NCBI GenBank assembly: GCA_947626185.1
Contig: CANQRD010000001.1
Span: 31,071-95,070, forward strand
Origin: an uncultured Flavobacterium sp.
Lineage (GTDB): Bacteria; Bacteroidota; Bacteroidia; Flavobacteriales; Flavobacteriaceae
Direction of reading: 5' to 3'
DNA: 64,000 bases
This document shows positions 9,147-19,700 of the stretch, in pieces. The notes beneath the pieces were generated by a model. The model worked only from the letters and a program-made list of their open reading frames with translations, did no database searches and was not told the origin of the DNA. A program made the position numbers and the translations under genes. The stretch's first letter is position 1. Each line of letters begins with the position of its first letter.

Positions 9147-9154
9147 CAAAAATA
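9147..9154 (-). promoter_or_regulatory. Candidate -7 box (TATTTTTG on the minus strand)
   Basis: The plus strand reads caaaaata, 25 nt upstream of ATG 9122 and just downstream of the subunit IV terminator. Confidence 0.35.
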
Positions 9155-9185
9155 AAAAAAGGCGGTTAATAAACCGCCTTTTTAA
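9155..9185 (-). terminator. Intrinsic terminator after oxidase subunit IV
   Basis: Stem ggcggtt (9161-9167) / aaccgcc (9172-9178) with loop aata, flanked by A and T runs. Confidence 0.7.
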
Positions 9186-9200
9186 CTTATAATAAACTTA

Positions 9201-9554
9201 TTAGAATATCCATCTATATTGTGAATTTTGGAATACGTCGTGTACATAATCTCCTTCAATTAAAACTAAAGTAACAAAATATACAATTAGGAATGATAAA
9301 ACTCCTGCTACCGACCATCTAAAAGCGACTTTTTCTTGTTCTAAGTGCATAAAAGCCCACATAATATAGTATGCTTTCCAAATAGTTAATATAATAAATA
9401 TATAGTTTAATAAACTTAATCCTAAAACATGTACGTGATGCAAAGATTGTGGTTTATATATACCTAAAACTACTTCTACAATTGTAATTAGGGACATATA
9501 GATAAATACCGCCCAAATTCTCTTTGTATTTGAATGATGTGCTTCTGCTGCCAT
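9201..9554 (-). CDS. Cytochrome c oxidase subunit IV family protein (prokaryotic CoxD/CyoD-like)
   Basis: 117 aa with three TM helices, placed directly after the subunit III genes. The N-terminus is MAAEAHHSNTKRIWAVF. Confidence 0.7.
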   Translation of the reverse strand: MAAEAHHSNTKRIWAVFIYMSLITIVEVVLGIYKPQSLHHVHVLGLSLLNYIFIILTIWKAYYIMWAFMHLEQEKVAFRWSVAGVLSFLIVYFVTLVLIEGDYVHDVFQNSQYRWIF

Positions 9555-9572
9555 TTTTTTTATATTAAAATA

Positions 9573-10547
9573 TTATACTAAATAGAAGAATGTAAATACG
9601 AACACCCATACTAAATCTACAAAGTGCCAATATAACCCTCCTTTTTCAACCATTTCATATGATCCTCTTCTGTCATAAGTACCCAAAAGTACGTTGAAGA
9701 AAATAATAGTATTAATTAGAATTCCAGTAAATACGTGGAAACCGTGGAAACCTGTAATGAAGAAAAAGAAATCTCCAAAAGTTTTATGTCCATACTCGTT
9801 TCTAATTAAGTTAGCTCCTTCTACTACCATTACCGCATCGTTAATACGAACTAATGATTCTTCTCTAGACAAAATTTGCTTATGCTTTTCGTCTGTTGTT
9901 TTCTGAGTACGAATTCTGATATCAGGGTTTGCTTCAAGTCCAGCCTTAACTTCTGCTACAGAGTATGTAGGAATTTTCGGTCCATTTACGAACCAAGTTC
10001 CATCAGCTCTTGTCATAGTTGTTTCTATGCGTTCAGGATTTACAATTGCAAAATCAGATAATGCTATTTGCTTCCCATCTGCTCCAACAAATTGTAAAAT
10101 TGAACCTCCTCTGGTTTCAACAGCTCCATAAGTACCTTGAATAAAGTTTTTCCACTCCCAAGCTTGTGATCCAAGGAATACTAAACCACCTATGATTGTC
10201 ATAAACATATAAGTAGCTACTTTTTTTCTCTTCATTTGATGACCTGCATCTACAGCTAACACCATTGTTACTGATGAGAAAATAAGGATAAAAGTCATTA
10301 ATGCAACAAAGTACATTGGATGATCTCCATGTAAAAATGGAAAGTGATTAAATACCTCATCGGCTATCGGCCAAGTATCAATGAACTTGAATCTTGTAAA
10401 ACCGTATCCTACAAGGAATCCACAAAATGTTAAAGAATCTGATAATATGAAGTACCACATCATCATTTTACCGTAGCCTACATTTAGAGGCCCTCTTGCG
10501 TCTCCGCCTCTTACTTCAGTAGCTTCTGTAGTAACTGTCGCTCCCAT
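9573..10547 (-). CDS. ctaE: Cytochrome c oxidase subunit III with a large loop insertion
   Basis: Carries LGSQAWEW, FFFITGFHGFHVFTG and YWHFVDLVWVFVF, all subunit III hallmarks. About 115 extra residues sit between the first two motifs. Confidence 0.85.
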   Translation of the reverse strand: MGATVTTEATEVRGGDARGPLNVGYGKMMMWYFILSDSLTFCGFLVGYGFTRFKFIDTWPIADEVFNHFPFLHGDHPMYFVALMTFILIFSSVTMVLAVDAGHQMKRKKVATYMFMTIIGGLVFLGSQAWEWKNFIQGTYGAVETRGGSILQFVGADGKQIALSDFAIVNPERIETTMTRADGTWFVNGPKIPTYSVAEVKAGLEANPDIRIRTQKTTDEKHKQILSREESLVRINDAVMVVEGANLIRNEYGHKTFGDFFFFITGFHGFHVFTGILINTIIFFNVLLGTYDRRGSYEMVEKGGLYWHFVDLVWVFVFTFFYLV

Positions 10548-10591
10548 AAAAAGTTATTAGTTATAAAGTTCCCAAATTTAATTTAAAATTT

Positions 10592-11176
10592 CTATTTAAA
10601 GAATGTAAAAAACAAAAACAAATATACCCAAAGTAAATCTAAAAAGTGCCAAAACCACGCACATAATTGTAAACCAGTGTATTGAGCAGCATTATATCTT
10701 TGTTTAAAATCATTATAAATTACAACAAGTAGTGAAATCAACCCACCAACTAAGTGTACAATATGCACTATTACAACTACATATAAAAAAGATGTTGTAA
10801 TAGTACTTTCACTTCCTGTGAAAAAATATCCTTCACTTATTACTTGTCCAAATCCTCTAAACTGAAGAAAAATAAAGAAAATCCCTAATAATAGTGTACT
10901 TAATAAAAACACTCTACTTGCTTTGGCATTTCCTTCTTTTGTTTTTTTAAGTGCCAAATGCATAGTTATACTACTTATAACTATTGCTACTGTACTAATT
11001 GTAAAGTCACTTGGTAGTACAAAGTCACTCAACCAGTCTGGACGAGATTTACTCACAACATAAGCACTTGTAAGACCAGCAAATACCATTACCATGCTTC
11101 CAATAGCAAATAGCAACATTACTTTAAGTGCTTTGTCTTTTTTCTCTTGTTGTGTAGTTTCAATTATAGCTTCCAT
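10592..11176 (-). CDS. Heme-copper oxidase subunit III family protein (short, 5-TM type)
   Basis: 194 aa. FLQFRGF, HIVHLVGG and WFWHFLDLLWVYLFLFF match the subunit III C-terminal core. Confidence 0.8.
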   Translation of the reverse strand: MEAIIETTQQEKKDKALKVMLLFAIGSMVMVFAGLTSAYVVSKSRPDWLSDFVLPSDFTISTVAIVISSITMHLALKKTKEGNAKASRVFLLSTLLLGIFFIFLQFRGFGQVISEGYFFTGSESTITTSFLYVVVIVHIVHLVGGLISLLVVIYNDFKQRYNAAQYTGLQLCAWFWHFLDLLWVYLFLFFTFFK

Positions 11177-11191
11177 TCTATTAATTTTATT

Positions 11192-12094
11192 CTAACGTAA
11201 TATTTTGTCTAAAACATAAATAATCTGAATTAGTGAAATATAGGTAACACTAACCAACATTAACGATCTTGCAGCTTTATCAGTTCTTTTTTGATATAAG
11301 TTTACAGCTGCTAGCAACATCCAAACTCCTGCTAAAAATACTAATACAGCAGAAATCGGTGTTAAATATAATCTTCCAGTTACTCCAAACGCAGGAAATA
11401 TAGACACTATAATAAGCCAAATCGTATATAAAATAATTTGTCTTAATGTTTTATTGTCCTTTTTCCCTGTCGGTAACATTGAGAAACCACCTCTTTCATA
11501 ATCATCGTATAAAAACCATCCTATTGCCCAGAAATGTGGAAACTGCCAAAAAAACTGAATCATAAACAGCATGCCTGCTTCAATACCAAAATTATTTGTT
11601 TCTGCCACCCATCCTAACATAAATGGAATTGCACCTGGAAAAGCTCCAACAAATACAGATAAGGGTGTAACTGGTTTTAATGGTGTATACACACTAGTAT
11701 AAAGGAATATAGAAATAGCAGCGAACATAGCCGTTTTTGGATTTATTGTATATAAAATATACAATCCAACAACAGTTAAAGCAGCAGCTAAGATAAATGC
11801 TGATTGTGGTTTTACACGTCCAGATGCTATAGGTCTATTGGCAGTTCTATGCATCTTTTTATCTAAATCTCTTTCAATAATTTGATTATAAACATTGGAT
11901 GCACCTACCATACAGTACCCACCAACTGCTAAAGCTAATAATGTAAGATAATTAATACTTCTAATATCTGGAACAGCCAAAACATACCCTGCTATTGTAG
12001 AAAATACTACACTTAGCGCAAGTCCCATTTTGGTCATTTCCTTAAATTCTTTAAGTATCGAAACTGATTGTCTATTTTCTGAAGAAATATTCAA
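11192..12094 (-). CDS. ctaB: Protoheme IX farnesyltransferase (heme O synthase)
   Basis: UbiA-family motifs NQIIERDLDKKMHRTANRP and multiple TM helices. It starts at TTG 12094, the only start upstream of the conserved N-terminal helix. Confidence 0.9.
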   Translation of the reverse strand: MNISSENRQSVSILKEFKEMTKMGLALSVVFSTIAGYVLAVPDIRSINYLTLLALAVGGYCMVGASNVYNQIIERDLDKKMHRTANRPIASGRVKPQSAFILAAALTVVGLYILYTINPKTAMFAAISIFLYTSVYTPLKPVTPLSVFVGAFPGAIPFMLGWVAETNNFGIEAGMLFMIQFFWQFPHFWAIGWFLYDDYERGGFSMLPTGKKDNKTLRQIILYTIWLIIVSIFPAFGVTGRLYLTPISAVLVFLAGVWMLLAAVNLYQKRTDKAARSLMLVSVTYISLIQIIYVLDKILR

Positions 12095-12123
12095 AGCCCT
12101 TCTAGTTTGTGTTTAATGCGTTG

Positions 12124-12131
12124 CAAATATA
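12124..12131 (-). promoter_or_regulatory. Candidate -7 box (TATATTTG on the minus strand)
   Basis: The plus strand reads caaatata, 30 nt upstream of the ctaB start. Confidence 0.35.
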
Positions 12132-12196
12132 ACGCAAATTTTATAACCGACCTACAAAGAAGATAACTGCTTTAAATATTCCTATATTTTAGTATT

Positions 12197-12943
12197 TTAA
12201 TAAGATTCATTAGCAGCATTGCCATATACTATCGCTTTTGCCGAAGAAGTTCCTAATCTTTTAACTCCTAATCCAATCATTTCTAATGCAGTTTCTCTAT
12301 CTCTAACACCTCCAGCAGCTTTAACAGGCAATGGTCCAGCGTTTTCCAACATTAAAACAAGACTGTGAATGGTAGCTCCATTTGGTTTATTTTCTGTTGT
12401 AACATAAAATCCTGTAGAAGACTTTACAAATACTTTATCATACATTTTTTCGGAAAAATTGCTCATCACTACATTTTTTATCAATGAAGTAAGTTTGATA
12501 ATTTCCGCATCTGTTAACGCTGCAACCTCAATAATCCACTTAACAACCTTACCAGCATCTAAACCAAGCTTTGTGCAAATTAAAACCTCTTCTTTTACCT
12601 GATCTACTAAACCTTTTTTAAACGCTTTGTAATCTATAACAAAATCTAAATCATCAACATCATCTTCGATAGCTTTTGCCGCTTGCTTTACTTTTACTTC
12701 TAAACCTCCGTCTCCATTTGGAAAATCAATTACCGTACCGATAAGTACTTTTGAATTAGCTTTATTAACTAAAGCACGCGCATCATGTACTTCTTCAGGG
12801 CGAATCATAGCTAATTTAAAATTTTCTTTAATAGCTTCCTTTACTAATTCCGTTACTTTTTCTTTATTTTCTACTTCAGATAAACCAGCTTGCTGTGCCG
12901 TTTTTAAGTAAGTAGAGTCCATAAATTCTTTTAAATCACTCAT
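12197..12943 (-). CDS. deoC: Deoxyribose-phosphate aldolase family (DeoC-like class I aldolase)
   Basis: VFVKSSTGF matches the Schiff-base Lys motif VKTSTGF, PVKAAGGVR matches the second Lys motif, and DDLDFVIDY matches the Asp motif. ATG 12943 (MSDLKEF) is used; the longer ORF to 13078 overlaps vanZ and a terminator. Confidence 0.7.
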   Translation of the reverse strand: MSDLKEFMDSTYLKTAQQAGLSEVENKEKVTELVKEAIKENFKLAMIRPEEVHDARALVNKANSKVLIGTVIDFPNGDGGLEVKVKQAAKAIEDDVDDLDFVIDYKAFKKGLVDQVKEEVLICTKLGLDAGKVVKWIIEVAALTDAEIIKLTSLIKNVVMSNFSEKMYDKVFVKSSTGFYVTTENKPNGATIHSLVLMLENAGPLPVKAAGGVRDRETALEMIGLGVKRLGTSSAKAIVYGNAANESY

Positions 12944-12965
12944 CGTTTTATTTTTTATTATTAAA

Positions 12966-12994
12966 CACAAAAAAAGTCCCATAGAAGGGACTTT
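12966..12994 (-). terminator. Intrinsic terminator after gcvH-vanZ
   Basis: Stem aaagtccc (12973-12980) / gggacttt (12987-12994) with loop atagaa, followed by a T-run on the minus strand. It begins at the vanZ stop codon. Confidence 0.65.
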
Positions 12995-13380
12995 CATTTT
13001 TTTCGTTGTCGCGTTGTTGTAATAATTATTAGTAAACCTGTAGCACTTCCTAACGCATTGGCAATAAAGTCGGTCCATTCTGCACTTCTAGTATTAGTGC
13101 AGTAGTATTGACAAATTTCGACAATACCTCCAATACAAGTAGCTACCATAAAGATAACTAATCCGTATTTTATTTTACTTGATTTTGTGGTATATTTTTT
13201 TTTAAAAAAAATATACCACAAAATTGAAAATATAAAATAGAATAGGAAGTGAGCTATTTTATCTTTATTAGGAACATTGATGAAGGAGGATTTTAGTAAA
13301 TCACTACCTTCTAATAGACAAGCCATAATAATAAAGCCTGTCCAAAAAATTCCTAGTAAAAAAACTAACTTACGCCCCAA
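12994..13380 (-). CDS. VanZ family membrane protein
   Basis: About 128 aa with four TM helices and [10 protein letters not shown], the VanZ-like motif. The TTG start at 13380 overlaps the gcvH end by 11 nt, so the exact start is uncertain. Confidence 0.65.
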   Translation of the reverse strand: MGRKLVFLLGIFWTGFIIMACLLEGSDLLKSSFINVPNKDKIAHFLFYFIFSILWYIFFKKKYTTKSSKIKYGLVIFMVATCIGGIVEICQYYCTNTRSAEWTDFIANALGSATGLLIIITTTRQRKK

Positions 13381-13750
13381 TTAATGCTTTGTACTGATCA
13401 TCTGATAACAATGAATCAACTTCAGCTAAATCAGCTAATTTGATTTTAATCATCCAACCTGCTCCATAAGGATCTTGGTTTACTAATTCTGGCTCTGTTT
13501 CCAAACCTTCATTAAATTCGATAATTTCACCCGCCAATGGTAAAAATAGATCAGATACAGTTTTTACAGCTTCTACTGTTCCAAAAACCTCATCTTTATC
13601 TAAATTTTGGTCAAGAGTTTCAACCTCTACATAAACAATATCTCCCAACTCTCTTTGAGCGAAATCTGTAATACCTACTGTAGCGATATCCCCTTCAATT
13701 GATACCCACTCGTGGTCTTTAGTGTACTTTAAATTAGATGGTATATTCAT
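13370..13750 (-). CDS. gcvH: Glycine cleavage system protein H
   Basis: YTKDHEWV and the lipoyl-lysine motif [15 protein letters not shown]. Length 126 aa. Confidence 0.95.
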   Translation of the reverse strand: MNIPSNLKYTKDHEWVSIEGDIATVGITDFAQRELGDIVYVEVETLDQNLDKDEVFGTVEAVKTVSDLFLPLAGEIIEFNEGLETEPELVNQDPYGAGWMIKIKLADLAEVDSLLSDDQYKALIGA

Positions 13751-13767
13751 TTTTGTATATTTTTTAG

Positions 13768-13775
13768 CAAATGTA
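13768..13775 (-). promoter_or_regulatory. Candidate -7 box (TACATTTG on the minus strand)
   Basis: The plus strand reads caaatgta, 18 nt upstream of the gcvH ATG. Confidence 0.35.
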
Positions 13776-13797
13776 TAATTTTAAAATTCATTTTCAA

Positions 13798-16700
13798 CTA
13801 ATTTCCAAAACTATATCTCATTGTAAATCCTGCTTTAACATTTGTAATTGGGTACATTGTTGAAATTACAGCTTTAGAAAAAGAATGATCATAGAAAAAT
13901 ATAGCTGTTAGGTTTTTACTCAACATATAATCTGCCATAATTTTTAATGACCACATATTTTGTCCTCCCCCTAATTGATTGTTATTGTAATCTAAATAAC
14001 GAATTATCGTTTCTCGTTTACTCAAAGTCAAATCTGCTTTAATATTGATATCGCTCTGAATACGACCTCCCATTCCACCGTTGGCATAAGCCGAGTTAAA
14101 TCCAACGTCTTTAATTCTGTATCCTAATCCTAATACAAAATCGTTTCCTGTTGTTTCAGTCAATAAATTATTGTCAAAACTAAGCGCTAATGTTCTATCT
14201 TTTCTCATTTCTGCAAGAATTCGAATTGAGGATTTTGTTTCTAAATCAAAACGAATTAATGGGTTAAAATTCTCTGTAAGAATAGCATTATTCACCACTG
14301 TTTTTGACGGATAATTATTGTACTGATTTAGTTCATCAGGTGCTCTCTGGTACTCAAAGTTTGAACTAAATGAACCCAGTGTATACATTGCTGTATATCC
14401 GTGATGAATAGAAAATCGTCTAAACTTCTCTTTAATCCAATCTATTTTCATTAATCCTGTATAGCGAAGTGTCCAGTTTGGCAACGGCACATCTCTAAAT
14501 AAACTTGTTGATGTACTACTTGCATTTTTACCAGTATAAGCAGACAAAAACGCCGGTAATAATACTTCTTGACTTCCTTTGCTATATCCTACTGGAAAAC
14601 CATCTCGATCAATATTATTTGGATTACTCAAATCAATTCCTCTAGCAGTAGCTAAGCGATTAGCTATAACTAATCGGTTTTCTCTCATTTGATCGAATGC
14701 TTGAGAAAATTCTAACGAACTCTTAGAAAAAGCACTATTGATTAAGATTGTAGATATACTAAAGTTTCCATAACTATATGGTGATTCTGCTATATATGTA
14801 GCATCTACAACTCTAAATTGTTCTGAATGATTTTCGGCCTTAATTCTTCTTCCAGATAAATCAATAGTTAAATCGGTAATCGGACTTAAACTTGCTGTAT
14901 AATTTAATGTTTTTGTATTTACTTGTGTAAACTGTTGATTAAACTCTGGAAATGTAGTTAAATATCCATTTTGTGCTGCTAATTGTCTCACATCTGCCTG
15001 ATCTCCAAAAACGAAACCTGTCGTTGGTTTTCCTGTTCCAAAAAAACCAATGCTAGGCATATAACCTGGTAACATTGTTCCACTATTTTCAGAATAATTA
15101 ATCTGAATAGTTTTAATTGATGTTAATAAACCAATAGCAAAATTGCCCAAATTATTATTCTTTGTAGTTGCGGCAGTATTATCTTGTACAACTTTTTGTC
15201 CAGGCACAATAGCTGCTCTTTTAGCTTGTTGTTGCTTTGGCTTGCTTTTTACTAATCCCAAATATTTATACAACATATCCATACTCAATGTAGTATTTAA
15301 TTGTTGTAACCTTGAATTTTGAATAGTATTACCCAAATTGTAAGTAATATCATCTAATTCTATTTGAGAAAAAGCATCTGAAGAACGCTGCCAATTATAG
15401 GTACCTGTATAAGCATAACTAGAACGTACAAATGATAAAAATGGTATTTTATTAATTGGAAGCTCGTAATTCATTGTTACTGATTGGGTAAACTGATTGG
15501 GCTCACCAATATTAAAATAATCATCCCAAATGGTATTGCTTTCAATTAAATTATACTGACTATCATAATAATTTCTCACCAAGTTATTACTTCCTCCAAT
15601 ATAGTTTAACTTTAATGATTTTGTAAGATTAAAATTAAATCCGAAATTATAATTAAAGAAATAATTTCTTCTATATAATGGATCTAACCCAATTCCTTCT
15701 ACATCAATCAATCTAAACTGTTGCTTATTAAACTGACGTAAAACATTGCTGTTAAACATTATATTCGTTGGCAAATAATTAAAGTTGAAATCTCTAAATA
15801 TTTGCAAATAGCGATTCTTTAAAAAACCAACTTTTTTTAATGGTTCTACAGTTTTTGTTTCAAATCCATAGGCGTAATCTAAAGACGATCTTGTTTGTTG
15901 ATCTAGCATTGACTGCACTTCAAAATCATGATGAATAATTTCATTATATGAATGAGAAACTGTAAGGTTTTCAATATCGTAAATATGCTTTTTAGCTTCT
16001 GGATTTCTTTGTTTTGAAACCCCAATAAAGTTAATACTTCTTCGTTTAGTATAATCTGTAGCTTGCTTTTCTATTTCTTCTGCTACCGAAGAGGAAGCCG
16101 ATACTGAACGCATTGTACTTAATTTAATGTCTGGATTTGCAGGATCGTATTCTGGTACAATAAACTCCTCAGAAATTGCATAATTAAACGGTAAATTTAC
16201 TCGCCAATTCTTTGGTAACAACTGTCCCAAATTCACGTTTGTAACAATACTGTAGGATTTAAAATCTTCTCTACTTCTTTGAGAAGGACCTTGTTCTAAA
16301 CCGCCAAATCCAATCGTTTTTTTAGTTCCTGTAGCAGAAACATTAGCAAAATCTGCAAGATTAGCATTCATTGTAAATGTTGTTGCCCAGCCACCTTTAT
16401 TGTCCATGTCAGACATTCTCAACTCATCAAACCAAAACTCTCCTGATAAATCACCTGTTGCGTTATATCGATTTAGATCATTTCGAATTCCAATCATTAT
16501 AACTCTAACATTTCCAAAACTAGGATTTCCTTTTATACCATATCTCAATTTATTTGGTCTAGAAACAGCATGTCCTGTAAGTTCTTCTTCAGATTTAAAG
16601 AAAATTTCAGTCAGTCGTTCTTGCTGACTAATTTCATTCATAAATAAAACTTTAAGCTTAGTTAGTAATTCTAACTCCAAATCCAGCTCATTAGCTTCTG

Positions 16701-19700
16701 GCCAAATTAGCTCAGGAGATACTGTACCAAACTGAGTTACTTTTAAAGGTAATTCTACTTGATAAAAGTTATCAGTAAAATCAGATCCTATACGAATAAA
16801 AGCGACCATTTCATCATCTTGTAATCGACGATTTACATGCTCTAATGATTCAGCATGAATAAACATCCTTAACTTTTTATACTGACGTAAATCTAAACTG
16901 AAATTTTTATACACTCCTCTCGAATCTCCAGGTGCTAATCCTTCTGGAGTTTTTCCTGCTTCAATTGGATAAACTTTTAATGATAATGATTGCTCATTCT
17001 GATCTACAATTGTATTATTAATATAAAACTGCTCTCTTTGCACTCCTGGAGGAATAACATAAGGAATTGGTTTTCTATCATAATTATCTTGGATGCTCAC
17101 CGATGTTACATCAAAACCTGTATTTGGCTCTAATGGCAATGGCATATTATTGTCATCATTTTGCAAACTTGCATTGTATCTTCTCCAGTCTGATCGTACT
17201 AAATCTAAACTTGCAAAACGCAACGTTACATCGTTTTCAAAACCTGTTAAATACATACGCATAAAACGCACAGAACGAAAATCCGCAATCATTCCTATTT
17301 TCTTTCCTGTATCATCAATAGGTACTTTATACTGAATCCATCTTACTGGAGCAATTGCTCCATCTGCTAACTGCACAGTTGTATTTCTAATATCTGTTAC
17401 GTAGTTTTCACCTACTTGCGGATCTGGACTTACCCTTACTGCATATTCGAAATACGCATCAAGTGTATTCATTGTATTATCTCCATCAATATCTTCCGCA
17501 TCAGGCAAATTACTTCCACCTCTGGTTCCCGTAACCGGTGAGTTTTTTTCTACTCCATTGTAATTTTTATAACGCTCTAATATTCCTCCTTCAGCATCTA
17601 GGAAATGAACAAAATTATCTGCTGCAGGATCTTCTAAATGTGCGAAGTCATTAAAAAACATTTTTTCTTCTTCATCACTCAATCCATCCAATCCCACATC
17701 TTGCATACGTCTACTTTCTGCATTAGTATCAAAGGCATAAATTAAAGATGGTGCAGCTGGTACTTTTCCCCAAACAGTTTCTATAGTAGCAACTGTACTA
17801 CCAACTCCTGGTAAACCATTTTCGTATTGCTTATAACCATCTCGTAAAATATCTTCAGAAATAAATCCAAAGTTGAATCTCAACTCTCCAGTATTTCCAG
17901 TAGTCATCATATCTGAATTACGTCCAACATAAGGATCCATTAACCAAAACTCTACAAACTCAATATTTGCTTGTTCGAAATTGGTTGTATTTAGTGCTCG
18001 CATCATTCCTCCCCAATTATCTTTTGGTTTTGGAGAACGTACATTTAATTTGTAATCAGGATTAAAGTTATAAGGTCCACGCTCGGTTGGATAATAAGTA
18101 AGATCTAGCGTTGAAATTACCCTACTTTCACCATAAGCTAAATCTTTTGTAGCAAAAAGCTCTTCACTAAAAACACGTCGAGTTTTATTTGATGACATAT
18201 CTTTATCACTTACTCCTTCTGGCTTTACACCAACATAAAAACTAGGATCAATAGTATACCAAGACAATTTTGCTCGGCGATAACCATCTTCCAAATTATG
18301 TTCTAATAAACTTGGTGACTCCAAAGAATTAATCCCTTTTTTATAAAAACCAACTGGCACACTTGATAACTTCCATGCTAATGGTGAACGAACATCGATA
18401 CGAGATTGAGCTGCTTCAAAATCATCAATATAAGCAGTAGCTTCTCCATTCATTTGATCATTTTTTGATGCAGCTGGCTGCAAATAAGCAAATTCTCCAG
18501 TAAATGAAACGCGTGAAGGTACATCCGTATCAATATTTGGCAACTTATTTACCAAACGTGTTAAAAAAGGAACTTCTGTTGAATATTGCGTATTAAATCC
18601 CCAAATGGTATTATTAACAGATTCACTTCCGTACATTGACTTATGGGTCATTGGTTTTTCTGACAATCTCAAAAGTGTTCCACCAACAATAAAATCTTTA
18701 CTAATTCGATGCTCTACATTTACTCCGAAAAATGTTTTGGTTTGCTGACCAAACATCGTGTTATTTTCTACAGAAATATCTATCGGTGTATTAGATGCTA
18801 ATAATGCTTCATCAAGAATCATAACTCTTCCTCCCGCATAATCTACCGTATAATCTACTCCTTCAATCAAAATACGCCCACCTGCATTAACAATAACAGA
18901 GCCAGGTGCTACGTTAAATGCACCTATCGGAATACCTTGCCCCATAGAAGAAGAATATTTTCCTTTTAGTTGAAACTTATTCTTTCCATTTTGATTTCGT
19001 ACTGCGGAGGATTTAATATTTGAATAAAGCTCATTAAAAACATATCGGCGTTGATTCGAGTTATAACTCGTTGTATTATCAAAATCTTCATCAGGTGAAT
19101 TTCTTAACTTTTCAAATAAATAACTTCCAAATGGTTCTACCGAAGTAAAAATAATTCGTCCTTTTTCTGCATCAATTGTTATACCGTCAAATATATTAGT
19201 ACTTGCTTGATTATTGGAATTGTTATTTCCGTAACTTCCTCCGTTATTATAATTATTTCCATAGCCACTATTATTAGAACCAGGTCTGTTATTCATATTT
19301 CCTCCCAGATTACTACTACCTTGAGCTAAATAATCGAAAAAACCATCTCCTCCATTCTGCGGATTATTTGAAGAGTCTAATCTATCTAAATTAAAAACTT
19401 GTAGTAAGGGAGTATTTTCAACACCTTCCGGCAAAGGCAAACTTCCTGCTGCAGAAATATAATTTAGTGGACTAGGATCTGTATATAAGATATTAAAACG
19501 GAATTTTTCTTGCGAAATATTTATTGCATTTGGAATCTGATAAATGTTTTTCATCATTAAATTCCAAACCGGCGCATTGGTAAGTGTTAAAGTGCTTTTT
19601 AGCATTTTCACAATCAATGCTTGAGAAAGCGGCACTTCAGTTCCTGGTCTTTGACCTGGAATTTCAGTTTCAACATTTACAGCTCCTCCATCTGTTCCAA

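Noticed and set aside
12944-13078. N-terminal extension of the deoC-like ORF (the track starts it at 13078).
   Set aside because: The extension overlaps the 3' end of vanZ and runs through the gcvH-vanZ terminator hairpin. The conserved aldolase sequence begins at ATG 12943.
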